DNA of 51,962 nucleotides from Selaginella moellendorffii. Taxonomy: Eukaryota > Plantae > Lycopodiophyta. A program made the position numbers and the translations under genes. The DNA is taken from contig NW_003314272.1 in the NCBI RefSeq assembly GCF_000143415.4, forward strand, positions 1 to 51,962. Direction: 5' to 3'. Shown in pieces: positions 34,664 through 48,598 of the stretch. Positions within the stretch are counted from its first letter, which is position 1, and the number at the start of each line of letters is the position of its first letter. The notes under the pieces were generated by a model. The model worked only from the letters and a program-made list of their open reading frames with translations, ran no database searches and had not been told where the DNA came from.

Positions 34664-37600
34664 TCCCGGTCTCGGTCTCGGTCTCGACTTTGGACTCCAT
34701 CTCGGGTCCATCTCGGACTCCATCTCAGACTCCATCTTGGGTCCATCTCGGACTCCATCTCGGTCCATCTCGGACTCCATCTTACGTCCATCTCAGACTC
34801 CATCTCGGTCCATCTCGGACTCCATCTCGGGTCCATCTCGGACTCCATCTCAGTCCATCTTGGACTCCATCTCGGGTCCATCTCGGACTCCATCTCAGAC
34901 TCCATCTCGGGTCCATCTCGGACTCCATCTCGGTCCATCTTGGACTCCATCTCGGGTCCATCTCGGACTCCATCTCAGGTCCATCTCGGACTCCATCTCG
35001 GTCCATCTCGGACTCCATCTTGGATCCATCTCGGACTCCATCTTAGTCCATATTGGACTCCATCTCGGACTCCACCTCAGACTCCATCTCGGACTCCATC
35101 TCGGACTCCACCTCGGACTCCACCTCGAACTCCACCTCGGACTCCATCTCAGACTCCTCCATGTGTCATGTGTTGGTCATTTTGGGTCCCTTTTTGGAGC
35201 CTTGCTTATTGCTTGCTTCGTGCTTGTTCCTCAAGCACTTTGTTGGGAGTTCCACTCCCGCTCTCGACCTTTCAAGTTGGAGCTTTTAGTCCAAACGTGT
35301 TACGCTCGTTTGGCTTTTGCTTTAACCACTACCACGTGGCACCCTTCCGGCTCCACTTTGGGGCCTAGGGATTTTGTGTTTCACAACTCCACCACCCATA
35401 GACGAAGTTCAATGTCCTCATCGAACGATAAACCCTTTTATAAAGTAACACCCGCAGGTATTACCATTTCCATCCTTGGCACCCAGCCAATGTTTGTCTA
35501 TGGTTTGACACCGAAGGCTCACCATGCCTTGTCCATTCTCTAAGGAGCATAGCCTCTCCAACTTAGAGGCTCATTCGACCACTTGATGTGGTTCTCTCCT
35601 TTTATTGGTTTAGTTCTCACTAAACTGGTTTGAGACACCGTCTCTTTCTCAATTCCACTACTCATTCTCGAGTAGTCTCAGATTCCATTGACATAACCTT
35701 TGCACTTTGGAACTTTTAATTTTGACTTCTCCAAGTCAATTTCCTAGGTGTCTCCGACACCTTACGTTGCATATGGTGCAACCCCTCTTCCCTATCCTAG
35801 GAAGTTCTTTACTTGAGGGTACCATCATCCTCTCTTCGATATCGTGCCACCTTTGGGCACTAAGTTACAGTTATTATAATTAGTGCTAGGGCTGCCCACG
35901 GCCCTATCATTTGGCTACCTTACCGCTCCCCCCTTTGGAGCATCCACTTTCGCCAAATTGAAGCAGTTGGGAATCCATCCTTGGGGAAACATTGCCTTTC
36001 CCACAATCCATTAGCACCCAACACCTTAGTGTTCTCGGCCTAACTTTGCCATTTGGACTCTTTCCCATGATTCCCATGGCTATTTTCTTAGCCACTAGTC
36101 TTTTGCTTTTATCTTTGATTGTTGCACCCAGCAACATAGGATCGCTACCTCCATTTTTGAGGTTTCCTTTCGGTTCCATCGCAAACACTTTGCTTTGCTA
36201 AGTCCAGAGGGTGTTCACCCCTAGTACATCTCTTTAACATTTTCTGTCGTGGGCTCTATGACAGCCCAACTTTTTGAGACCCTCCCTTGGATCTCTTATA
36301 GAGACTACTTTCCTTGGACTTACTATGCCATAGCATTGACATAGCTCATTTCCTTTAGGTGTTCTTCCCACTTGGTCACCTTGACAAAGCCACACCTTTA
36401 TCAATAGTTCAAATCAACACTTTGAACTAGGAATCATATTCTTTAACCTAAACAAAGACTTTATCCTTGTTTAGCCACAAGATCACCTAGTGATTTCATC
36501 ATGACCCCTTAATAAGTCTATCAATAGGAACTAGGTCTTCCAGACCCTTCTAAGTGGTTGACTATGACCCCGGGGGCATCCCCCACACTTGGCGGTGCGC
36601 CCAAGCCAACCCTTCCGGCCAAGGATTCATAGCAATTGAAACTTAGGTGTCCCCATCTCATTCACCACGTCCTTGGTGCCCTTTGTACCAAAGTGGTCAA
36701 CTTAGATATGCCGAGCTTTTACTCTAAGCAATCTAATCGTGCATCACGACTCCAAGGCATCCCCCCGCTTGGCGGTGTGCACAAGCCAATCTCCTCATTG
36801 AGAGTTCATGACCACCGAAATATGAGTGTCCTCATATTCCAAACCATCACCACACCCTAGTGATTTGGGACTCGAACCCAAGCACTAGAGTGTCCAGACT
36901 CGAACCCAACCTCCGTATACGGACGGCATCACCTAGGATGCCTGGCGTGACTCTCCACGCCGGTGCACCAACTTTTTACTCAAAGCGCACTATAGATCAC
37001 AACTTAGGAACCTAGTTCCTCCACACTGCCAAGTCCTCTCACTTGACACGTCTGTGATCATGCATGGACTCCTCCATGCTTGGCCCTATGGACCACCTTT
37101 TTTATGTTATCACCTTCAAGTAGGGCATTTGTTCCCCCCGACTTGCCAATCTCACTTGGCAAGTCCTCCGACCATCGTAATATAGTTCTTGCACAAGCGT
37201 GAAAGTCCTTGACCATCGACTTTCGTTCAAAGCCCTCTCTTTGAACACTCGGGAACTACTTCCCTAACCTTGATAGCCTTGCCTCATGGCAAGCTTCAAG
37301 ACCACGCTTCTGCTGTGCCACTCTAGTTTCGCACGTTCCATGAACCATTTACACTTGGCCTTTCTAGATACTAAGCTATCTAGAATCATCTTTGGGAACC
37401 TTGAAGGGATTTTGTCCCTTAGCTTGCTAAGGCCTCCCTTTTCGCAAGATTTCTAGTTGCCATATAGTTTAATATGGACAATTCCATACTTTAGACTCTT
37501 CATGGCATCACAGTTGCTAACAACAACACCCTCGAGCCCCTACTTGATTCTCCACTCCCAGCTAGTATAACCAACCTTGGTCATGCCCTTCGATTCCTAC

Positions 37601-37738
37601 GGTTCGGTTCTATCCCCTTACTACTTGCTTTTGGCTTCACACCTTTCTTTCGGTCATTCTCCTCTAGACTAGGAGGATAGCTTCACACTTTCTATCATGC
37701 CTTAGCAAGTATTCTTAAGGATGAACCTACCTGATAGC

Positions 37739-38427
37739 TGTGAGACACAAAATCCCTAGGCCCCAAAGTGGAGCCGGAAAAGGATGCCACGTGGTAGTGG
37801 CTGAAGCGAGAGCCAAACGAGCGTAACACGTTTGGACCAAAAGCTCCGACTTGAAAAGTCAAGAGCGGGAGTGGAACTCCCAAAGAAGGGCTCGAGGAAC
37901 GAGCACGAAGCGAGCAAAAAGCGAGGCTCCAAAAAGGGACCCAAAAGGACCAACACATGACACGTGGGAGTGTCCGAGATGGACTCGAGTTGGAGTCCGA
38001 AGTGGAGTCCAAGATGGACCCGAGTTGGAGTCCGAAGTGGAGTCCGAGATGGACCCGAGTTGAAGTCCGAAGTGAAGTCCGAGATGGACCCGAGATGGAG
38101 TCCGAGATGGAGTCCGAAGTGGAGTCCGAGGTGGACCCGAGATGGACCCGAGATGGAGTCCGAAGTGGAGTCCCGAGGTGGACCCAAGATGGACCCGAGT
38201 TGGAGTCCGAGGTGGAGTTCGAGATGGACCCGAGATGGAGTCCGAGATGGAGTCCGAGATGGAGTCCGAGATGGAGTCTGAGGTGGACCCGAGATGGACC
38301 CGAGATGGAGTCCGAGATGGAGTCCGAGATGGACCCGAGATGGACCCGAGATGGAGTCCGAGATGGAGTCTGAGATGGAGTCCGAGATGGAGTCCGAGAT
38401 GGAGTCCGAAGTCGAGACCGAGACCGG

Positions 38428-38459
<32 letters not shown>

Positions 38460-39581
38460 TCGGGACCGAGACCGAGACCGAGGCCGAGGCTGAGACCGAG
38501 CCCGAGCCCGAGTCCGAGTCCGAATCCGAGTCCGAGTCCGAGTCTGAGTTCGAGTCCGAGTCCGAGTCCGAGTCCGGAGCCTGAGAGGGTGAAAGCCCAA
38601 AGCGTTCATCTCCCAGACCCTGGGGGGTTTGGTGAGCTCCAAAAGTATAGTAAGGGGGAGGACTGCAGTGGAGCCAGTTTGGCCAGGAAAGGCCAGTTTG
38701 GCCCAGGAAGGCCAGACCCAGTGTTGGGTGATGAACTGACCACTGGGAAGTCCAAGACTAGAGTGAATACGGACCGACAAGCGGGGTAGCTTGGTGAAGT
38801 GTTCAAGAGCCGGCTCTAGTTCCCCCGGGAGATCGACTGGCCGATGCTCCCAGTCCAAGTGTGGGTGGCACTACCTACTTGGATACCAGGCGTGGCTCAA
38901 CGGAACCTCGCTCTAAGCCCATGGCTAGAGCACCTAAAGGCGAAAGGCGGGGAGAGTACCCAGGTGGCTCGCGTAAGGCCACGGTGTTCCGAAATGTTGT
39001 CCCAAAGGCCTAGACTGTGGAAAGGAAGAGGAGCAGTCCTCTGGGGTAGTGACCAAGGACACAGTCGTGTGGTGAAGAAGTCCCAGAGGACCATGGGACT
39101 TAGTGGTCGGGCCTGTGGGCCTCGATCCAGTGGCAGTGTTGGCAAACACGGCCAGGGGCAGAAAGGGACTTGGTAGGAACTGACAAAGGGACTTTCGGGA
39201 AGGCGATTCCCCAGGTCTTTGGGCATCCTAAGGATGCTAAGGAGTGGATCCAGGATGACCACTCATGGACAGATGGCCCAGTCTTGGAGAGACGGGATGG
39301 TGATGCAAGTGGTATTGGATCACTAGTGCAGCAAAGGTGAATGGGCATGGCCTTAGCGTAACGGGCCGAGATGTCAGTGGTACCTTTGGGTGTCGGTCTT
39401 GGGACCGGACACGTGGAGCACTTGGACCAGGTGCAAGTGTGGAGTGGCATGGATGCCATTCTTGGGGCTAGCAAGTCCCAAGTCCTAAATTGGACTTATG
39501 GAGGTTGTGAATGAGACTCCTCTAAGTGGTTGGAGGTGTGGTTAAGTGACTAAAGTAGAACGGAAAAATTAGTCGCTTACA
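37739..39581 (+). mobile_element. Solo LTR, family B
   Basis: TG...CA ends with perfect TSD ATAGC. The empty site is visible in the paralogous interior at ~46985-47010. Confidence 0.95.
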
Positions 39582-41732
39582 ATAGCCTAGAGAGTGGTTC
39601 CTCAATCTAGGTATGCTCACCTTATAATCCCATACACCAGGATTAACATTGCTGCTCATGTGCCTTCACTAGCTTTGCCAAAATTCCATTTTTTGGCTTT
39701 GTCCAATTCGGGTAGATAGTCTTCTCCCGTCTCCGCAACCTTGGACATTTAGATAGCACCTTCTATCCATCATTCACTAGGGACTTAGTCCCTTGGGCCT
39801 TATCTATTGCCTTCGCGACACTAAACACCACCTCTTGGTGTTCCAAAGTGTTTGGGTGTCTCAATGATGGTCACTTTGACAATGAGCATTTCTTTTTACG
39901 ACATTGACTCACTATATTGCAACATAAGCAATTTATCCCCTATAAGGGTATATCTAACTTCCTTATGCCATTAAGAAGTCTTGGGTAGTTACCTTCTACC
40001 CGTTTAACCAATTATCTTTGCACCTCTTGCTTAGTTGCCCCATAGTTGTCAAGTCCTACAACTCATTGCTTGGTGCTTCCACACCTCCATCATTATTTGG
40101 GTCACCACACTCCAATGGCATGCCTTCCAGCTTAGGCCATGCCATTCCCGCTTCCATTGGGATTCCCCTGGCAAGGGGTTCTTATGAACCCACCATCATA
40201 ACCTCAAGGTATCACACTTTGGCACATTTGGTGTCTCCACACCATTGGCCCTACGAGCCTATCCTTATGACACTACTTATTAGTGTCTAAGTCTTTACCA
40301 AGACCAATATAATTGTGCCTCATGCCAACTATCCGTTAACACTGCACCATAGTGTTTGCACCCAATTATGGGCCAAAGTTGCTTTCTTCTGGGAACATCT
40401 TCAACACAACTTTAGTATGGCACATTCTGCCATCAATGAGATACCGACTGTTCTTATACTTGGATCTTATGATCCTCCTCATACCTCATGGGGCACCGTA
40501 CACCTCAGTCCAAATGCAGGCATCTTTAAGGCAGTCCAATCCTTAAGACCATTCCCTGACTCCACTTGAGTCATCCAACATTTTGGACTTTGCTAATCCA
40601 ACAACTTGCGAGGTCTTAATCTTTGAGGTGCCAACTCGCTGGAATACAACTTCTTGTATTCATGTCCTACTCAAAAGGACCATCTTTGCAAGTGTTATTT
40701 CGACACTTGATTATTCCATCTGGGGCTAACCTTTGCCCCTTAGGACTACTTGTCCATGTGATGAGAATACTAACTCATCTTTAAGTACACCCCCAACTCT
40801 TTGGGTTATTCCAACATTTATTAAAGGTAGCCCCAGCTACTATTTCAAGGACTTGAGTCCTCTTCTGTATTTGACCATCTACGGTCATTAATTTTGGTCT
40901 CAAATTCATGAGCACCAACTTAAACTATATAAGGGTAATCTCGTGACTCCTTCATAGTCTTGGAGTCTCTATCTTTCCCATGATCCCAACTATAGTTGCT
41001 TATCACAATTACATTAGCCCGTTTGCTGAGTCAAACACTCATCTGGATCACATCCTCAACTTTCTGAGGAAACCTTTATACTGTTCCTAAGATCCCAAAG
41101 TAGTTCCATTATTGGCCCTTTTCTATCCACTACATCATGCCCAAGTTCACGCATGAACTTGAGTGGAGAGCCATGTCCTCTCGACATGCTACTCCTCAAG
41201 GATAGGCCCACTCCTAGGACCTTCCGATGCCAACATTAATGGTGATATATTTGAGCACCAACAAAAGTCAGACTAAGGAACAACTCCGATACCAAATTGT
41301 AAGCAACTAATTTTTCCATTCTACTTTAGCCACTTAACCACACCTTCGACCCGTTGGAGGAGTCTCATTCACAACCTCCTTAAGTCCAATTTAGGACTTG
41401 GGACTTGCTAGCCCCGAGAATGGCATGCATGCCACTCATCCCTAGCACTTAGTCCAAGTGCTCCATGTGTCCGGTCCCAAGACCAACACCCAAAGGTACC
41501 ACTGACATATTGGCCCGTTAAGCTAAGGCCATGCCCATTCACCTTTGCCGCACTAGTGGTCCAATACCACTTGCATCACCATCCCGTCTTTCCAAGACTG
41601 GGCCATCCGTTCACGAGTAGTCAACCCAAATCCACTCCTTAGCATCCTTAGGATGCCTACACACATGGGGAATAGCCTTCCCCAATATCCCTTTGTCAGT
41701 TCCTACCATGTCCCTTTTTTGTCCACGGCTAT

Positions 41733-42325
41733 TGTAAGCAACCAAAGGGAATGACTCGAGAGACGGTCCATGGGGTTCAAATATAGAGGGAAAGGGCCCA
41801 TGAACAAGAGTGCACCCCCTTTTCTAATCGGTTAAGGGTCTTGGGATAGTTGGAGTTAAGCGTCCTTGGGTTTGAATAGTACTGGGCTGGGTGACCTCCC
41901 GGGAAGTCCAAACTCAGGTGTTTACATTTGGTATCAGAGGGGTCTCGGGTCCGACTCTGTTGGTTGGCTAGGGGAATCGCACCACATGTTGATTGACATC
42001 TGGCTGGTCCAGTTTGCTCCCGCTGGGCTCGACCCGAGGGGTAGGGTGTCAAGAGAGCGGGGCTCTCGGGAGAGCTGCGGCTCTCAGCTTCCGTTCACGA
42101 GGGCGTGAACTTGCAGGGAAGCATGGTGGATTGTAAGCAACCAAAGGGAACGACTCGAGAGACGGTCCATGGGGTTCAAATATAGAGGGAAAGGGCCCAT
42201 GAACAAGAGTGCACCCCCTTTTCTAATCGGTTAAGGGTCTTGGGATAGTTGGAGTTAAGCGTCCTTGGGTTTGAATAGTACTGGGCTGGGTGACCTCCCG
42301 GGAAGTCCAAACTCAGGCGTTTACA
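41733..42325 (+). mobile_element. Complete Cassandra TRIM (5S rRNA-derived LTRs)
   Basis: 194-bp LTRs at 41733-41926 and 42132-42325 (2 mismatches). PBS TGGTATCAGAG at 41929-41939, 205-bp interior, TSD GCTAT. 5S segment AGTTAAGCG...AGTACTGGGCTGGGTGACCTCCCGGGAAGTCC at 41854-41909. Confidence 0.95.
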
Positions 42326-45300
42326 GCTATATTCGCCAACACTGCCACTAGATCAAAGCCCATAGGCCCGGCCACTAAGTCCCATGGTCCTCTCGGACTT
42401 CCTCACCATGTGACTGTATCCTTAGTCACTACACTAGAGGACTGCTCCTCCTCCTTTCCCCCCATTTGGGACTCCAGGACAACATTTCAGAATACCGTGG
42501 GCCTACGCGAGCCCCGTGGGTACTCTCCCCACCTTCCGCCTTTGGGTGCTCTAGCCATGGGCTTAGAGCGAGGTTCCGTTGAGCCACGCCTGGTATCCAA
42601 GTAGGTAGTGCCACTCACACTTGGACTGGGAGCATCGGCCAGTCAATCTCCCGGGGGAACTAGAGCCGGCTCTTGAACACTTCACCAAGCTACCCCGCTT
42701 GTCGGTCTGTATTCACTCTAGTCTTGGACTTCCCAGTGGTTAGTTCATCACCCAACACTGGGTCTGGACTTCCTGGGCCAAACTGGCCTTTCCTGGCCAA
42801 ACTGGCTTCACTGCAGTCCTCCCCCTTACTATAGTTTTGGAGCTCACCAAACCCCCTAGGGTCTGGGAGACAAATGCTTTGGGCTTTCACCCTCTTAGAC
42901 TCGAACTCAGACTCGAACTTGGACTCGGACTCGGATTCGGACTCGGACTCGGACTCAGACTTGGACTTGGGCTTGGTCTCGGCCTCTGCCTCAGTCTCGG
43001 TCTCGGTCCCGGTCTCGGTCTCGGTCCCGGTCTCGGTCTCGGTCCCGGTCTCGGTCTCGGTCTTGGTCTCGGTCTCGACTTCGGACTCCATCTCGGGTCC
43101 ATCTCGGACTCCACCTCAGGTCCATCTCAGACTCCATCTCGGACTCCATCTCGGGTCCATCTCGGACTCCATCTCGGTCCATCTCGGACTCCATCTCGGT
43201 CCATCTCGGACTCCATCTCGGATCCATCTCGGACTCCATCTCGGTCCATCTCGGACTCCATCTCGGGTCCATCTCGGACTCCATCTCGGTCTATCTTGGA
43301 CTCCATCTCGGGTCCATCTCGGACTCGATCTCGGGTCCATCTCGGACTCCATCTCGGTCCATCTCGGACTCCATCTCAGATCCATCTCAGACTCCATCTC
43401 GGACTCCACCTCGGACTCCATCTCGGACTCCACCTCGGACTCCATCTCGGACTCCACCTCGGACTCCATCTCGGACTCCATCTCGGACTCCATCTTGGAC
43501 TCCACCTCGGACTCCACCTCGGACTCCATCTGGGACTCCTCCATATGTCATGTGTTGGTCCTTTTGGGTCCCTTTTTGGAGCCTCGCTTATTGCTCGCTT
43601 CGTGCTTGTTCCTCGAGCACTTTGTTGGGAGTTCCACTCCCGCTCTCGACCTTTCAAGTTGGAGCTTTTAGTCCAAACATGTTACGCTCGTTTGGCTTTC
43701 GCTTCGGCCACTACCACGTGGCACCCTTCCGGCTCCACTTTGGGGCCTAGGGATTTTGTGTCTCACATAGGAGTGGAACTCCCAACAAAGTGCTTGAGGA
43801 ATGAGTATGAAGCGAGCAATAAGTGAGGCTCCAGAAAGGGACCCAAAAGGACCAACACACAACACGTGGAAGTGTTCGAGATGGACCCGAGATGGAGTCC
43901 GAGATCGACCCAAGATGGAGTCCGAGATGGACCGAGATGGAGTCCGAGATGGACCCAAGATGGAGTACAAGATGGAGTCCGAGATGGACAGAGATGGTGT
44001 CCAAGATGGACCCAAGATGGAGTCCGAGATGGAGTCCGACATGGACATGAGATGGAGTCCGAGATGGAGTCTGATATGGACCGAGATGGAGTTCGAGATG
44101 GAGTCCGAGATAGACCCGAGATGGAATCCGAGATGGAGTCCGGGAAGGACCCAAGATGGAGTCCGAAGTCAAGACCGAGACCAAGACCGAGACCAAGACC
44201 GAGACCGAGACCAAGACTGAGACTGAGACCGGGACCGCGGCTGAGGCCGAGTCCGAGCCCAAGCCCGAGTCTGAGTCCGAGTCCAAGTCTGAGTCTGAGT
44301 CTGAGTCTGAGTCTGAGTTCGAGTCTGAGAGGGTGAAAGCCAAAAGCGTTCATCTCCCAGACCCTGGGGGGTTTGTTGAGCTCCAAAAGTATAATAAGGG
44401 GGAGGACTGCAGTGGAGCTAATTTGGCTAGGGAAGGCCAATTTGGCCTAGGAAGGCTATACCCAATGTTGGGTGATGAGCTGCCCATTGGGAAGTCCAAG
44501 ACTAGAGTGAACACGGACTGACAAGCAGGGTAGTTTGGTGAAGTGTTCAAGAGTCGGCTTTAGTTCCCCCGGGAGATCGATTGGCCGATGCTCCCAATCC
44601 AAGTGTGGGTGGCACTACCTACTTGGATACCAGGTGTGGCTAAACGGAACCTTGCTCCAAGGCCATGGCTAGAGCACCTAAAGGCGGAGAACCGGAAGAG
44701 TACCCACGAGGCTCGCATAAGGCCACGATGTTCTGAAATGTTGTCCCAAACGCCCAGACTGTGGAAAGGAAGAGAAGTAGTCCTCTGGTGTAGTGACCAA
44801 GGATACAGTTGGGTGCTGAGGAAGTCCCAGAGGACTGTGGGACTTTGGTGGTCGGACCTATGGGCCTCGACTCAGTGGCAGTGTTGGCGAACACAGCCAT
44901 AAGTAGAAAGGGACTTGGTGGGGACTGGAAAAAGAATATTGGGGAAGGCTATTCCCCATGTCTGTGGGCATCCTAAGGATGCTAAAGAGTGGATCTAGGA
45001 TGATCGCTCATGAACGGATGGCTAGTCTTTGAGAGACGGGACTGTGATGGAGGTGGTGTCAGACCACCGATGTGACCAAGGTGAATGGGCATGGCCTTAG
45101 CGTAACGGGCTGATATGTCGGTGGTACCTTGGGGATGGGATTGGATATGTGGAGCACTTGGACCAAGTGCAAAGGTTGAGTGGCAGGGATATTATAGCAA
45201 GCCCAAGTCTAAAATAGGACTTATGGAGGTTGTGAATGAGACTCCTCCAAGTGGTCGGAGGTGTAGTTAAGTGACTAAAGTAGAATGGAAAATTAGTCAC

Positions 45301-47457
45301 TTACAACTTGGTATTAGAGTTATTCCTTAATCCGACTTTTATTGGTGCTCAAGTATATTACCACTTGTGTTGGCATCGGAAGGTCCTAGGAGTGGGCCTA
45401 TCCTTGAGTAGCAAGTCGGGAAGACATGGCTCTCTACTACAATTCAGGTGTGAACTTGTACGTGAGGTGGTGGATAGAAAAAATGCCAATAATGGAACGA
45501 CTTTGGGATCTTGGGAACAATATAAGGGTTTCCTCAAAGAGTTGAGGATGTGATCTAGATGAGTGTTTGACGTAGCCAATTGGCTAATGTAGTTGTGGTA
45601 AAAAACTATAGTTGGGATCACGTGAAAGATAGAGACTCCAAAGCAATAAAGGAGTCACAAGATTATCTAGTGCTCATGAATGTGAGACCAAAATTAATAA
45701 CCGTGGGAGGTCAAATATGAAAGAGGACAAAAGTCCTTGAAATGGTAGCTGGGGCTACCTCTAATAAATGCTGGAACAACCCAAGGAGTTGGGGGTGTAC
45801 TCAGAGGATGAGTTGGTATTCTCATCACATAGACAGGTGGTCCTAAGGTGTAAAAGGTTGCCCCACAAGAACAAATCAAATGTCGAAGTAACATTTGCAA
45901 AAATGGTCCTTGTGGGTAGGACCTGAATACAAGAAGTTGTATTCCAGTGACCTAGCACCTCAAAGGTAGGACCTCATGGGTTGTCAGATTAGCAAAGTCC
46001 AAAGAGCTGGATAACTCCAGTAGAGTTAAAGAATAATCTTAAGGGATTGATGGAAGTATTTGGACTGAGGTGTGTGGTGCCTCATGAAGGATGGGGAGGA
46101 TCTTGAGATCCAAGCATGAGAATAGTGTGTATCTCATCGATGGCAAGATGTGCCATGTTAAAGTCATGGGAAAGGTGTTCTCGAAAAAGAAAGCAACTTT
46201 GGCATAGAGTTATGTGTGAACACTATGGTGTAGTGCTAACAGATAATTGGCATGAGAAACACTGTATTGGTCTTGGCAAAAACCTAGACACTAATAAGTA
46301 GTGTTATTAAGATAAGCTCATGGAGCCGATGGTGTGGAGACACCAAATGTGCCAAGGTGTGATACCTTGAGGTTATGTTGGTGGGTTCATGAGAACCTTT
46401 TACCAAGGGAATCCCAATGGAAATGAAAATAGCAAAGCCTAAGCTGGAAGGTATGTGGTTGGAGTGTGGTGACCCAGATAATGATGGAGGTGTGGAAGAA
46501 CCAAGCAATGAGTTGTAGAACTTGACAACTATGAGGCAACTAAGCAAAAGGTGCAAAATAATTGGTTAAACTAGTAGAAAGTAGCTACCTAAGACTTTTG
46601 GGATAAGGAAGTTGGATATACCCTTATGGGGGAGAAACTGTTTATGTTGCGATATAGTAAGTTAAATGTCGTAAAAGGAATGCTCATTGCCAAAGAAGGC
46701 CATCATTAGGACACCCAAACACTCTAAAACACCAGGAAGTGGTGTTTAGAGTCGCAAGGGCATTAGATAAGGCCCAAGGGACTAAGTCCTTAACGAATGA
46801 CAGATAGAAGGTGCTATCCAAATGTCCAAGGCTCTAGAGACGAGAGAAATCCGTTTACCCGATTTGACAAAGCCAAAAATGGGATTTTGGCAAGGCTAGT
46901 GATGGGCATATGGAGGCCCATATGTAGCAATGGTAATCCCAGTGTGTGGGATTATAAGGTGAGCATGCCCAAATTGAGGAACCACTCTCTAAGCTATTGG
47001 GTAGGTTCATCCTTATGAATACTTGCTAAGGCATGGTAAAATGTGCAAAGCTATCCTCCTAGTCTAGAGGAGAACAACCAAAGGAAACATATGGGGCCAA
47101 AAGGCAAGTACTATTGGGATGGAACTGAACCATAGAAATCGAAAGGCATAACCAACGGTGGTTATGCAAGTTGGGAGTGGAGAATCAAGAGGGTGCTCGA
47201 GGATGTTGTTACTAACAACCGCAGTGCCATGGAGAGTCTCAAATGTGGAATTATCCATGTTAGACCATATGGTGAGTAGGGAGCTTTCGAAGGAGAAGCC
47301 TTAGCAAGCTAAGGAACAAAGTTCTTTGAAGGTTCCCGAAAACAATTTTAGGTAGATAAGTAAATAGAAAGCTAAGTGTAAATGGTTCTTAGAGTGCGCG
47401 AAATCAAAGAGGCACAACAGAAGCGTGGTCTTGAAGCTGCCTATGAGGCGAGGCTAT

Positions 47458-47619
47458 TGTAGCACATGTGATCATGGGATGAGATTTGGATATACTGTCA
47501 CCGTGGATCTTTGGAACCTTGGGGGATAAATGGGGATAAAATAGCCACTAAGGGCTCTTTCATCAAGCAATTGCCCCTTTTCCAGTTGACTTAAGGGGAG
47601 AGAGATAAGGTGCGCTACA
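47458..47619 (+). mobile_element. Solo LTR, family A
   Basis: 162-bp reverse complement of 31-192 with TSD GCTAT. Empty site at ~37265-37290. Confidence 0.95.
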
Positions 47620-48598
47620 GCTATCGAGGTTGGTGAGAGCTAAACCAATAAAAGGAGAGAACCACCACAAGTGGTCAAATGAGCCTCTAAGTTGGAGAGG
47701 CTAGGCTCCTTAGAGGATGGATAAGGCATGGTGAGTTTTCGGTGTCAAACCATAGACAAATATCAGCTAGGTGCTGAGGATGGAAATGGTAATACATGTG
47801 GTTGTTACTTTATAAAAGGGTTTACCGTTCAATGAGGACATCAAACTTCGTCTATGGGTGGTGGAGTTGTGAGACACAAAATCCCTAGGCCCCAAAGTGG
47901 AGCCAGAAGGGTGCCATGTGGTAGTGGCCAAAGCGAAAGCCAAATAAGAGTAATACGTTTGGACTAAAAGCTCCGACTTGAAAGGTCGAGAGCGGGAGTG
48001 GAACTCCCAATAAAGTGCTTGAGGAATGAGTATGAAGCGAGCAATAAGTGAGGCTCTAAAAAGGGACCCAAAAGGACCAACACACGACACGTGGAAGTGT
48101 CCGAGATGGACCCGAGATGGAGTCTGAGATGGACCCAAGATGGAGTCTGAGATGGAGTCCGAGATGGACCGAGATGGAGTCCGAGATGGACCCAAGATGG
48201 AGTTCAAGATGGAGTCTAAGATGGACCGAGATGGAGTTCGAGATGGACCAAGACAGAGTTTGAGATGGACCCAAGATGGAATCCGAGATGGAGTTCAGGA
48301 AGGACCCGAGATGGAGTCTGAAGTCGAGACCGAGACCAAGACCAAGACCAAGACCGAGACCGAGACCGAGACTGAAGCTGAGGCCGAGTCCAAGCCCAAG
48401 CCCGAGTCCGAGTCCGAGTTCGAGTCCGAGTTCGAGTCTGAGTCCGAGTCTGAGTCCAAGTTCGAGTCTGAGAGGGTGAAAGCCCAAAGCGTTCGTCTCC
48501 TAGACCCTGGGGGGTTTGGTGAGCTCCAAAAGTATAGTAAGGGGGAGGACTGCAGTGGAGCTAATTTGGCCTAGGAAGGCTATACCCAGTGTTGGGTG

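Larger units (their letters stand above)
32218..43767 (-). mobile_element. Family B non-autonomous LTR element (LARD-like) with three nested insertions; 3' LTR truncated
   Basis: 5' LTR 41298-43767, PBS TGGTATCGGAG 41284-41294, ~4 kb interior without gag/pol motifs, PPT 35386-35397, 3' LTR 32218-35385. Confidence 0.9.

Noticed and set aside
35386-41297. gag/pol in the family B interior
   Set aside because: No zinc knuckle, protease, RT (YxDD), RNase H or integrase motifs in the listed ORFs.
41854-41909. 5S rRNA gene
   Set aside because: Only the internal promoter portion is present, embedded in Cassandra LTRs.
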